Made by a program: the position numbers and the translations under genes
Part shown: positions 13,196 to 25,559 of the stretch, piece by piece
Layout of the letters: each line of letters starts with the position of its first letter
Numbering within the stretch: position 1 is the stretch's first letter
From: Octopus vulgaris
Lineage: Eukaryota
Length of the DNA: 64,000 nt
Direction of reading: 5' to 3'
Assembly: GCA_951406725.2 (NCBI GenBank)
Contig: OX597826.1
Span: 39,122,001-39,186,000 of the forward strand
The notes under the pieces: model-generated
Database searches by the model: none
Told to the model about the DNA's origin: nothing
Seen by the model: only the letters and a program-made list of their open reading frames with translations

Positions 13196-14034
13196 GATGG
13201 GTGAATGGAGGTATTTAGAGCTCAGCAGTATATTATTATTCTCCAGCCCTTAACAGAAGAGTTTAAGACTTATCTGTAGGAACTTGTGTTTGCCAATGAT
13301 TTAGTTCTTAGGGCAAAATCTATGGAAAAATTAGTGAAGATATTCCTAACATGGAAACAAATGTTAGAATTGAGAAGGCAGGAATGAAAATTGCCTTATT
13401 GTCATCTGAGGTTAGGCCATGTTTAATATGAAGGAATGGAATATGGTGTACTCAATGTAAATTGTAGAAGGACCACTTATTTTATGTGTGTCATCTCACC
13501 TAATTGGAATGGGGAGAGTTCCAGATGTTTTTGTGGGGGAAGTCCATTGTGAGAGTTTAAGTTGCTTTCTATTCATGGCAAACGTAATTTGTTTTGGATG
13601 AGATCAATACCACATCAACTAAGAGGACGAAAGACAAACAGTTTAGAACAGAATTCCTCTTAGTACAGAGTCAGCTTATGTTTTTTTACAGTGGTGCTTC
13701 TGAAATGTTGCTCCAATTGGCACACTGCTTCATCTCGTATTAGAGACTTATCAGTGTTAACAGAGCCCCTAAGGCTCTATTTCCTGCCCACATGAAGGCT
13801 TGTGATAAGAAATATTTAAACTCAGAACAAAGAATCAGAATGGAAACCACAAGTCATCTCACCCAATGTTCTAACAATTCCATCAATCCACCCATTGAAA
13901 TTTGTCTTAATCAATCTTTCTGGAATTTGAGCTCAAAGTACAAAAATCTGCAACAGAACTGCAAGCATTCAGTATTAACCAGGATGAAACTGCCAATTTG
14001 GTTTCTACTATAGAATTCAGTACAGTATCAAGTG

Positions 14035-14365
14035 GTGAAGGCGCATGGCTCAGTGGTTAGAGTGTCGAGCTTACGATCGTGAGGTTGTGAGTTCAAATCC
14101 CGGACTGGGCTGCGTGTTGTGTTCTTGAGCAAGACACTTTATTTCACGTTGCTCCAGTTCACTCAGCTTTGGAAGTGAGTTGCAACGTCACAGGTGCCAA
14201 GCTGTATCGGCCCCTTTGCCTTTCCCTTGGGTAACACTGGCGGCGTGGAGAGGGGAGGCCGGTATGCATGGGCGACTGCTGGTCTTCCATAAACAATCTT
14301 GCCCTGGGCAGGTAACTTTCTAGGTGCAAACCCACGGCCAGTCATGACCGAAGGGGGTCCCCCCA
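14035..14365 (+). mobile_element. SINE family C (tRNA head plus CORE-like gtgttcttgagcaagacacttt)
   Basis: A box tggctcagtgg, B box gagttcaaatcc; target-site duplication atcaagtg at 14027-14034 and 14366-14373. Confidence 0.85.
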
Positions 14366-14758
14366 ATCAAGTGATGAGAGTGAATATTTAGAGACGAGAT
14401 CAGTTATTTTGGTGTTTTGGTTCAGACAAATAGTGTAAGGATAATATTACTCAAGAGACAGTTGTCTCTAACTAATACATAACAAACAGATATATGATCA
14501 AAGATATATCAACCACGATATCTCATCTTTGCATACTCATAGGGCTACTTAGTCCATGTCTCTGTTTTTATAAGAGACATGTGCTCCTTTTTTAAGATGA
14601 TATGAGGTGATGAGGAAATTGAAATGTGAAGTTCCCTTATTGTTTAGTTTATATTTGTGTCAAAAGCCAGTATTACTCAATATTATACATTGAATAAAGT
14701 GGTAAACTGGCAAAACCATTAGCACACCAGAAAAAATGCTTTTTGTAGTCGTGTAGGA

Positions 14759-14817
14759 CTTCAAATTACACCCTGCTGCATTAGATAATATCTAATGCAG
14801 CAGGGTGTAATTTGAAG
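14759..14817. repeat. Perfect palindrome, 29-bp arms with a 1-nt loop
   Basis: cttcaaattacaccctgctgcattagata-a-tatctaatgcagcagggtgtaatttgaag. Confidence 0.95.
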
Positions 14818-15136
14818 GAGATTTGGCTGCTATTTCTACCAAGTTGAATGGCCACATAAATGCATGCACTCATTCATTGGCTTGAATGTTGTTGGTGTTT
14901 ATGATGCAAAAGGAGATCAAATTGAATTTAGGTCAACACTGAAAAATAAAAATATACTTAATTGATCTATGTAGATCAACTTAAGCACAATTAGTTATTA
15001 TGTAATAGCTACATAATTGCAATGTCAAAAACTTAACAATTATTACAGTTGTTGCATTGGGTCCCTAATCAAAGGACATAATTGTGCTTGTTCCTAGTTG
15101 ACTATACTGATGATAAATGTTTTTTTCTTTCTTCAG

Positions 15137-15176
15137 GGTTGAATGTGTTTAATAGTAAGAAAAGACAGGAAACTAT
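15137..15176 (+). CDS. Possible 40-bp internal micro-exon of an unidentified host gene
   Basis: Strong acceptor tttttttctttcttcag, open frame LNVFNSKKRQET and donor gtgagt, in non-repetitive sequence. No partner exons identified. Confidence 0.35.
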
Positions 15177-15396
15177 GTGAGTCATGAGACCCCATCTCAC
15201 CACAATATCATAAAACTGAATATAAAACTTTAAACATTATATACACACCATATTTATTTGTGTCTAATATGCACTGTTTTCCAAATTTTAAAACTTAGAC
15301 ATTAGGGGTATGCATTATATTAAGAATATGAACATGACAACTAAATGCTACTCATGTCTTAAATTATTTTTTACAAAAATATAAAAATTCTTTACA

Positions 15397-15453
<57 letters not shown>

Positions 15454-16754
15454 AGTTTGTGTGTGTGTGTGTATGTGTACATATGTTCCTTATGGATCTT
15501 AAAACTGAGTTGCTGATTTTGACATATGAGGTATCAAAAGATTCAGAACTCTTTTTTACTACAAAAATAACCTCAAAGACAAGGTCGGGTCGCACAATTT
15601 TGAGGTCTTTAGCTGAGGGAAGCAACTCTGCCTGAACAATCTTTATGCCTTAGATAGCGCATAATGAGAAAGTGTTTAAAATATATGGAGTTTTACTAGG
15701 GAATGAAACTTCAAAAGTATACTGATAACTTTATTAGTATTATTTAGTAGATAATCTTTTAAAGTGAAGTATGTTTGTGTTTTGTTTAGCCCAGATTTGC
15801 CTCTAATGTAGCAGAACCAATGCATAGTTTTTTTTTGTTTTCCTGAAATACTGTAAATCTGTGTCTTTCTTTTGATGAAAGGGTGTGTTTTAAGCTGCTA
15901 TTTGTAGTAGCTCAAGTTACCACAGACACCTTTGTGTGTGTATGTTTTACTGTGGTGACAAAGATACTTTTTCTCAGAATATTTTGCAAAATAATTTTCA
16001 AAAAAATCTGGGCGTCTTTATTACTGCTAACCATTCAACCTCAAATTACAATTGAACCTCAAATTACAATTGCTAATTGTTTGAAATCAAGTAAACTGAG
16101 ATGTATATATACTGTTATCATATAGAGTGGTAGTTGAATATGAAGTTTTGAACTTATTATCTTGTGGTTAGTAATCCATTACCTTAAATTTGAAACCATT
16201 AAGTCTTTAAACATTATTTCACTGGGCTTGGTCTTTTGACTGTTGCCATGATGGGGTATCACCTTCAAAAATTTAATTGATCATACTGACCTCAGTATGT
16301 ATTTCAATCTGGTATTTATTTTATAGATCTCTGCTCGATGAACTGCTAACTTTCAGACATAGTAGAACACAATACTCGACCTAACAACAAATGTAAACAC
16401 ACACACATATATTAGGTGCAAGAGTGACTGTGTGGTTGAGAAGTTTGCTTCCCAACCACATGGTCCCACGTCCAGTCCCTCTGCATGGCATCTTGGGCAA
16501 GTGTTTTCTACTATAGCCCTAGGCCAACCACAGACTTGTGACTGAATTTGGCAGTGTTGTTCATCAGAAAATAACTGAAAAACAATGTTTATAAAGAAGA
16601 GTTGCTTGCTTCATACTCCTTGTGTACCGATTCTGCCCATAAGCAACAAATAGTACAATGTGGCTATTGGTCATAATGACTAGGCAATGCCAGGGTGCAT
16701 TGCTTGTATATTATATAACAAAAAATAAATTACATACATTTTCAATATATAATG

Positions 16755-17400
16755 TCGTGATGCACTTGGACACATTATCAGACATGTTTCCTGGGATCAT
16801 TAGGTATTTCAGCATCAGGCATTCTCACCCAGATGACCCAGCCGAGGTTGATCAAGACCAAGCTGAAGCAGCTTCTACTGCCTTCACAGCCAACTGATGA
16901 CCTTCTACCTATTGGTCCCTATAGTGTCAAGCATACTGTAAACTCTGTAGAGGAACTGGTCTGCAAATCCTCTGCATCCCACCTCAATGGGACTACACCT
17001 TGCTTGCCAGCCATTTCTTTGGCGTAATTCCACTGATTCAGCATATATTCTCCCCTTGCTCTTGTTAGCCACCTCAATGCAGTCTTCCAAGGGAATGAAT
17101 AGTTCCAACAGAACTACCTGTTTCAATGTTTCTGACATCAGTACCATATCCAGTCCAGTGATGTTGAGGTCACAATTTCTGGGAACTTCAGAGGCTTTCC
17201 TTGGTCAACTAACAGCTTCCAGTCATTTGCTATTGCAAAAACAGATCTGAAGAGTCAGACCTAGCAGTGTGCATCTTCTACTCGCTAGCTTTGACAAAGG
17301 TGATCAACTTCATAGAGCAGAGATGCTTGCAATGACTAATCATACCTTGTATAAGTAATATGCTGTTTGTCAGACAGTTTTGCTTCAAAACAAAACTGAA
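16755..17400 (-). mobile_element. Hero-clade (R2-group) non-LTR retrotransposon 3' remnant with restriction-like endonuclease
   Basis: MVLMSETLKQVVLLELFIPLED...GWQARCSPIEVGCRGF matches the Hero RLE pattern (LLELTVPWE...GW...PVEVGCRGF); Hero-like 3' UTR ctcggctgggtcatctgggtgag. Confidence 0.75.
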
Positions 17401-17467
17401 CATGAAACTCTGAGTAACAGTTTTTGTGATATTTTTGTTGCTTTTTAATAAAGTATATATATATATA

Positions 17468-17732
17468 TCATCATCATTTAGCATCCGTTTTCCATGCTAG
17501 CATGGGTTGGACGGTGCAACTGGGGTCTGGGAAGCCAGAAGGCTGCACCAGGCCCAGTCTGATCTGGCAATGTTTCTAAGGCTGGATGCCCTTCCTAACG
17601 CTGTCCACTCTGTGAGTGTAGTGGGTGATTTTTACGTGCCAGACGAGGCTGGCAAACGGCCATGATCAGATGGTGCTTTTTACGTGCCACCTTCACGGAG
17701 GCCAGGCGAGGTTGGCAACGGCCACGATCGGA
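17468..17732 (-). mobile_element. RTE LINE 3'-end fragment
   Basis: Same tail as 8743-9012, flanked by (TA)n. Confidence 0.85.
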
Positions 17733-18384
17733 TATATATATATATATACTTTATTATATATATATATATATATATATATACTTTATTATTATATGAAAAT
17801 AGTAAGGGATTACCCCAAAATGATTACTGATTTGTTCTCAGTTAGGTATTCAAAATAGATTATTCAACAGTTAACACATAAATCTAATAAAGTTCTTATA
17901 AGAATTTAGAGATATATTTTGTTGGATAATTCTGAATATATTACCTTAACCATATAGGTTTCCTGGAGTATATAATACCAACAGTATTAATAATAAGGAT
18001 CATTACAAAGTTGCATAGCATTACCTTTAATTCTTTTGGCTAAACTACCTCGCTTGGTAACAGGTGGGGGTTGGCGTCAGGAAGGGCATCCGGCCGTAGA
18101 AAGCTTGCCACATGCTTAGCGCTGCATATATATGCATACAACTTTACGCAGACCATCACGTTTCAACTGCACCGATTAGTAACCATTGCAATTGCAACCT
18201 TACTATAATACTGGTGCAGTTTCTTCAGGGTTTTTACTTAACATCCTTTGATTTAACTGTTTAAAATTTTTCGCTTATCTACTTTGCATGGGTCTATGTA
18301 AAGCTGTGTATATATTAAAAGAATTAAAGGTAATGCTATGCAACTTCGTAATAGTCCTTATTAATAATACTGTTGATATAAGAG

Positions 18385-18865
18385 AAGTGAGGCATAAGAG
18401 GAATTAGTTGCAGTGTGCAAGAGAGAAGACTGCACTGGTTTGGTCATATGATGCAAAAGTCTGCCGACAGATCCTTAAAGAAGTGCTGATCTCTCAAAGT
18501 ACAAGTAACATATGGAAGGGGAAAACCCAGGAAGACATGGGATGAAGTACTGAAGAATTACCTCAGAATGCTGAACATTTCAGGTGAGATGATAAAGAAC
18601 CGAGATGCCTGGCACCTTAGTGTACTCAAGAAGACCTGTACTCCAAAGCAGACGTGTTAAGACGGGTCCCTCTGGTGGTGTAAAGCACTTGTGGCGATGC
18701 CACATAAAAGGACCCATGTGGTACCATGTAAAAGCACTCAGTACACCCTACAAAGTGGTTGGTGTTAGGAAGGGAATCCAGCTGTAGAAGCCATGCCAAA
18801 TCAGACTGGAATCTGGTGCAGCTCCCTAGCTTGCCAGCTCTGGTCAAACCACCCAATCCATGCCT
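18385..18865 (+). mobile_element. Decayed RTE LINE 3' portion
   Basis: RRLHWFGH...GRGKPRKTW motif followed by the gtggttggtgttaggaaggg tail. Confidence 0.75.
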
Positions 18866-18867
18866 AC

Positions 18868-18898
<31 letters not shown>

Positions 18899-19228
18899 AA
18901 AAAGGGGGTGTATTTCCGTGCAGGAAAAAATATAGGCAAATTTGTTGTTGAAAATGCACCTAAATTAGAAAACCTAATTTACTTATACCAAACCAGTTTC
19001 AACATGTTTTCCTAATTCATAATTGTAAATTTTTACCATTGATAAACAAAAAATATTGTTGAAACTAGTTTGGTATGTATATATATAAATAAATTTATTT
19101 AAAAATAATTATAAGTTTTTCAGATTTAGGTGCATTTTCAACAACAAATTTGTCTATATATGTCGGGTTGGATGAGTGCTGAAGAAAGAGCAACAATCCC
19201 CAAAATATGACATATACACTCAATACCC

Positions 19229-19625
19229 ATGTGTGGTAAGTAGCTTGCTTACCAACCACATGGTTCCAGGTTCAGTCCCACTGTGTGGCACCTTGGGCAA
19301 GTGCCTTCTACTATAGCCTCGGGCCAACCAAAGCTTTGTGAGTGGATTTGATGGACGGAAACTGAAAGAAGTCATTCGTATATGTGTGTGTGTGTGTGTG
19401 TGACTGTGTTTGTACCCCCAACATCGCTTGACAACCGATGCTGGTGTGTTTACGTCTTGGTAACTTAGCAGTTCAGCAAAAGAGATTGACAGAATAAATA
19501 TGAGGCTAGGCTAACAAAAAATAAGTTCTGGGGTCTATATGCTTGAGTAAAGGCGGTGCTCCAGCATGGCTGCAGTAAAATGACTGAAACAAGTAAAAGA
19601 ATAAAATAAATGAATAAATAAATAA
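19229..19625 (+). mobile_element. SINE family A
   Basis: Head, internal (TG)n and tail all present. Confidence 0.9.
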
Positions 19626-19963
19626 ATATATATATAAAAGATGTGATTCTTGTTTCAGCTTATCAAACTTCAACCTTTGATGCTGATAAATTATTATTAT
19701 TCCTGAACTTTATTTTTTATACCTACCATGGACAGCTCAAAGCTTACAAACTCCTTACACTAAGATCCATGTTGTTGCTGAACCTCAAGTCAGCTCTCAT
19801 CAAGCGGACCCTTTGGACAAAAGCATTTCAGCTGTGGCTATCCTGTCTGATTTTCAGACACTGTCTATCAAGAAATACATTAATCACAAAGCTCTCTTTT
19901 TAAGGTAGTAAGATGAATTTCTATTTCTAACAGGTTACTAGTGAGTATATAGGATAGCAGTCA

Positions 19964-20000
<37 letters not shown>

Positions 20001-20219
20001 CATGTATGTGTCTGTTTATGTTTACACTCTGACTTAGCAGTTTGAGAATAAGAATCAATGAAATAAAGCACCATGTAAATAAAAATATTGGTGTTGATAT
20101 AATCAATTCCTTGAAGGCAATGCCCCAGCATGGCTACAGTCCAATGAATAAAATTGACAAAAGAATAGTACAAGAACACAAGACATAAACACAAAATAAA
20201 CAAAACCAAAACAATGCGC

Positions 20220-20377
20220 AGGAATGGCTGTGTGGTAAGTAGCTTGCTAACCAACCACATGGTTCCGGGTTCAGTCCCACTGCATGGCATCTTGGGCAAG
20301 TGTCTTCTGCTATAGCCCCGGGCCGATCAATGCCTTGTGAGTGGATTTGGTAGACGGAAACTGAAAGAAGCCTGTCG

Positions 20378-20430
<53 letters not shown>

Positions 20431-20640
20431 CTGTGTTTGTTCCCCTAGCGTTGCTTGACAATCGATGCTGGTGTGTTTACGTCCCCGTAACTTAGCGGTT
20501 CGGCAAAAGAGACCGATAGAATAAGTACTGGGCTTACAAAGAATAAGTCCCGGGGTCGATTTGCTCAACTAAAGGCGGTGCTCCAGCATGGTCGCAGTCA
20601 AATGACTGAAACAAGTAAAAGAGTAAAAGAGTAAAGAGTA
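20220..20640 (+). mobile_element. SINE family A
   Basis: Head, internal (TA)n and (AAAAGAGT)n-like tail. Confidence 0.9.
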
Positions 20641-21491
20641 GCAGACTATCAGGAGTCCTTTAACTCCATCTCTACCACTGGTGCCACTGAAATGGCTGGG
20701 GAAAGAACGAAGAAGGAAAAATTGCTACCTCTCTCCCTTTCTTTCTTTTTCACACACACACACACATACACACACACACAACTTATATTACATGTATTGT
20801 TTGGTAAATAGTAATGTTTATTTAGAACATAGGATAGTCAAAAATTTCAGGAAGTAGAATTTTGATACACTTAGACATTTTACATACACACACAAACGGA
20901 ATATGAGTTGAATGAAACCTTGTTTAGAACAAGCCAAAATATTCATGAATACACATACATGCACTCGCACACATTATATATGAATATAATGTATATTTGC
21001 GATACAAACACATTTGATACCATACTGGAAGTACTACTCATCTTTCATCTAGAACAACACTACTGTTACACACACACACACACATACACACACACACACA
21101 CATGCATACACATCCTTGATTTCATTTGTAAATAGCCTAGATTTACACATCCATATAACCCAAAATAAATACATGAATTGTTTCTACTGCTACTACATCA
21201 GTCTCTGCTCCAGTGATGCAGCCACAGCCTGTAGTCACCCTACTTCACCCCCCCCTACACACACACACACACACATACACACAAAATACTCCCCTTTTTG
21301 TTATCCCTACTTTGTCTTCACAACAGATTCTTCACTAACCTTTTCCTTACTTGAATATTCTGCCCCAGAATCGTTTCCCCAGGAAATTATTTCCTTCCCC
21401 TCATTTCATTTTTACAAATGACAATTTAGAGAAATGCAAAGTGAACTGAAAACATCTCACCAAAGGGTACTGTTTTTCTATCTCTCTTTTC

Positions 21492-22259
21492 GGATCTTTT
21501 CCTTTTGAACGGCAGTTTTCAACACAATTCCTAGTTAACTAAACACTTTTAAACTTCATATACTAGTAGAATGTGTCAAAATAAAACATTTTTTTCTCTT
21601 GGCTTTCTTGAGAAAATTGCAAATTTGTAAGTTTAACGTAGTTTAATTTTTCGAATTTTAACCAATCCTATGGCCTCTATTGAGCTAAAATCATTTGTTG
21701 CATCTGAAACTGAGACAATATCCTGTCACTAACCCTCACCCTCACCCTAAATTTTAGCCTTTCGTTTTTTTTTCTTGATTGTTAAATTAATTTAATTGTT
21801 ACGCGTGTGTCTAAAATTATTTGTTTTGTTTTTGTTTTGAGTTTTTGCATTCATTTTAGCCTTTCGTTTTTTTTTTTTTCTTAATTGTTAAATTAAAATT
21901 ATTTTCCATTGCTTTCGTTTTAGCCTTTCATTTTTTTTTGTTTTTTTTCTTAATTGTTATCCTTAAATTAATTTAACAATTAAGAAGAAAAAAAACGAAA
22001 GGCTAAAATTTAGGGTTAGGGTTAGTGACAGGATGTTATCTATTTTAGACGCAGCAAATGATTTTAGCTCAATAGAGGCCATAGGATTGGTTAAAATACA
22101 AAAAATTAAACTACGTTAAACTTACAAATTACAATTTTCTCAAGAAAGCCAAGAGAAAAAAATGTTTTATTTTGACACATTCTACCAGTATACAAAGTTT
22201 AAAAGTGTTTAGTTAACTAGAAATTGTGTTGAAAACTGCCATTCAAAAGAAAAAGATCC
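21492..22259. mobile_element. Complete fold-back MITE, GGATC termini, 8-bp TSD (Merlin- or MULE-like)
   Basis: ggatcttttccttttgaacggcag / ctgccattcaaaagaaaaagatcc; TSD ctcttttc at 21484-21491 and 22260-22267; TIRs about 300 bp. Confidence 0.9.
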
Positions 22260-22974
22260 CTCTTTTCTTCTGGAGAGAAGTAATAAATAAGTTTTATAAA
22301 AATTCTTTAAATGAAGATTAATCTAATAGTGAAATACATCTTCCTGAAACAGACATTTAAAGAAAGATTATAAGCTCTCTAACACCATCCCCTCTACCAA
22401 CTAATTAATAATTATGTCAATAAGGAAGCCTCTGTGTGGAGGACCAATGGGGTAGAAATAGCAGCCACATTTCCTTCAAATCACAACCTACTGTTTTAAA
22501 AAAGAAAGAAAGACATAATAGAGAATTTAGCCCTGTATAACACTGTTTGAATATCTGATAGGTTTGTCACAGCTGGAATGACTTCCTTCATTACACTGTA
22601 CTGATGGAACTGAACAAGCTTTAACAACAACAAATTGATAATTTCTAGCATAGCCATAATGTCACTGGTTTGTGAGGCTGGAAAGAGTAGCGCATTTAAT
22701 TAATTTTAATGAACTCCACAGTGCTTCAACAGGGACTGTTTTATTAACTCTAATTTAATGGAAGGTAAAGTTGTTAAGAGTAGAAAATGGACTTGAAATG
22801 TAAAGGCATGTGACTAATTACTGCAAAACATTTTGTCTGATGCTCTACCGATTATGTCATTCAACAGGCCTCGTTTGGCTAATTAAAGAAAATTAAAATA
22901 TAAAATACAAAAATATACACATACAACTTAAATTTCTATTTATACATTTTTCTCTTTTCATGATGATGGTACAT

Positions 22975-23232
22975 ATATACAACTACTGCTCAAAGTCAAG
23001 GGAAGGAGACAGTAACATACATACATACATACATACATACATACATGTGCACATGCACACACACACACACACACACACACATGACAGGCTTGCTTCTGTT
23101 CCTTTCTAACAAATCTACTCAGTTTTGGTTTGCAGGTTGGACAGAGGCTATAGTAGAAGACACTTGCCCAAGGTGCCATGCTGTGAGACTGAACCTGAAA
23201 CCATGAGGTTGGGAAGCAAATTTCTTACCATG
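22975..23232 (-). mobile_element. SINE family A, degenerate
   Basis: gctatagtagaagacacttgcccaaggtgcca...gaacctgaaaccatg is the reverse complement of the family A head. Confidence 0.75.
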
Positions 23233-23508
23233 AATATATATAATCTGAGCAATGATTTTTCCAACTACCACTTTTTCCAATGTCTTGAAGAACTCATAAC
23301 ACCAAAATATAGTAATACAAGGTAAAACTGCAACTTTGTTTTCTTCTCCAGTTTACTTTTTACCTTCTCACACTGCATTACACAATAAATCGCTGTAATA
23401 CACACACACACACATTTTATCTTTTACTTGTTTCAGTCATATTGACTGCATTTGCACTAAGTTCTAATGTTTTAGCCCGCTTCTGCTGTTTCTAGCATGT
23501 GATCATTG

Positions 23509-23807
23509 TTGTTCCTTCCCGAGCCATGCTTGGCTCATAAGGGCCAGTTTCCCAGTTTTCTTGGCGTATAGGTTCCCCACCTGGACAGGATGCTGGTCCA
23601 TCGCAGGTGAGCTGCATGATGCAGGAGGAAAGAGTGAAAGAAAGTTGTGGTGAAAGAGTCAGCAGAAGTTCGCCATTACCTTCTGCCGGAGCCACGTGGA
23701 GCTTAGGTGTTTCGCTCATAAACACGCACATCGCCCGGTCTGGAATTCGAACCCGCGATCCCTCGACCGCGAATCTGCTGCTCTAACCACTAGGCCATGT
23801 GCCTCAA
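23509..23807 (-). mobile_element. SINE family D (tRNA head plus V-SINE-like domain), 13-bp TSD
   Basis: A box tggcctagtgg, B box ggttcgaattcc, cctgcgatggaccagcatcctgtccagg; TSD catgtgatcattg at 23496-23508 and 23808-23820. Confidence 0.85.
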
Positions 23808-23820
23808 CATGTGATCATTG

Positions 23821-24025
23821 CATTGACCATGACAGAGAAAGTTGAGCAGAGAATCTGCATCAAATTTTGCCAAAAGCTTGGTGATACCTACTCAGAGGCT
23901 TACGCAAAGTTTTCAAAAAGACTTCATCGTTCTCAACACAATCAAGGAGATCTTGTGCAACTGAAACCTGGGTGTCTTTTTGGTCAGCTGAAAGCAGTTT
24001 TGGCACAAACTTGGCAGACACATGT
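23821..24025 (+). pseudogene. mariner transposase N-terminal remnant
   Basis: MTEKVEQRICIKFCQKLGDTYSEAY matches the mariner EQRxCIKFCxKLG N-terminus; the rest is scrambled. Confidence 0.65.
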
Positions 24026-24179
24026 CAGGATGGAATATGAAGGCAGCTAATACATAAGTAAGAGATTGAATATTTCCAACACAAGTATTATCTAATCAGT
24101 AAGAAATTAACATCTTCCCAAAAACCTGATTTAATATTATAAGAAATGAACATCAAATGGTGCTTACAGAACCAGTATT

Positions 24180-25095
24180 TCATATGTAGTCCTTTGTTAT
24201 GAATCATGGGCATTGACAAGCCCTGACTATTTTGAGGGAATTTTTCAACTCAAATAGTGATGTCGGATTACAAGCAGCTACTTTCTGTTTCAGAATAACC
24301 CAACAATGCCTTATTGGGTTGAAATCCAGGGAGTTTCCCAACAACGGAGCCAAGATCTCATACCCACAATTGCTTAGCCACTGCTTTACTGCTTGTCTCA
24401 TGGCATGGCATGCCATCATGCTGGAAGTGTGTACACTGCTTGATCTCCATAAATGGTGGGACTTTCGTTTGTAGAATTTCAAAGTAATTAGTTCCCTTGA
24501 TAGTTGCACCCTCTGGCATAAACCATAGTCTGCATTTTCCACCAGCACAAATAGCTCCCCACACCATAACTTTTGGAGCATTTATAACACTTGGGATAAT
24601 GTAATGAGGATTATCACTTCACTTAGGAAGTCATCTCACATGTCTACAAAATGTATAAAATTGTGACACCTGTGTTTCATCCAAAAACAACTAATTTCCA
24701 TTGTTTAACTGATTTTTATACTTTTGGCAAAATGCCAAACAATCTGCAATATTTTTCAAGACTAACCTTTGTTTCCTTGAAGGTTTGTAGGACTTAAGGC
24801 TGGCATCAAATAATTGTCCTTTCGCTAGAAACCTTGAGTAGCTTTGGAAGGCTTTCTGGGTAACTTTTTGGCAGCTAGAATGATAGCATTGTCCATTTGT
24901 TTGGTGGTGGTTTCTAGGTGACCCATAGGCTTGTCAAATCCATATTTTTCAGTAGATGTCAAGTTGTTTATTGACCTTGAAACAGTTCTCAGTGCCAATT
25001 TCAATTTTACACCAATTTGTCGTGTGCTGTATCCTTCTTCATACAGAATTTTTATTTGAGCATGACTTTCCAGCAAAATTCTTCAACCAGGCATT
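24180..25095 (-). mobile_element. Tc1-family transposase pseudogene
   Basis: HTH (LYEEGYSTRQIG), MVWGAI...FQHDGMPCH and NSLDFNPI(R)HCWVILK (degenerate SPDLNPIE); frameshifted. Confidence 0.85.
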
Positions 25096-25559
25096 CTTTA
25101 CAATGACAGGAAAATATCAACAAGAATGAGTTACCATGAAATATCTTAGTGATAGTTTATCAGAGATTGGATCAGTCAATCAGAGCATATCAACCAAACA
25201 GGGCTCAGTAATCATGCAGAAAACACATAAGGAACAGATTTGAACAATTGACAACATAAAAAATAGCATCTTGTAAGAGCAGTATTTATAACTGTGAATG
25301 TGTATGTGTGTGTATCAGTATAAAAACCCCCCAAAGAAATGCAAATGGGTGTATTACATTGATTTTGATTGCCTAACCAAATTACCAATAGCCTTTCCAT
25401 GGTAATAATTAAAACACCATGTTGATTTGGAATAATTGGAGCATTCATTAGGACAGACCATTTTACTTGCTCCATTATTTTCACTTTGCCCTTTAAAATT
25501 CTTCCAGTCATTGACTGTAACCTAACACTGTGCCAGTTTCTGGCAATATTTAGTCTCTG

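Noticed and set aside
23735-23807. tRNA gene candidates (also the heads at 14035, 2603 and 20220)
   Set aside because: A and B boxes are present, but there is no proper acceptor stem and each continues into a SINE body.
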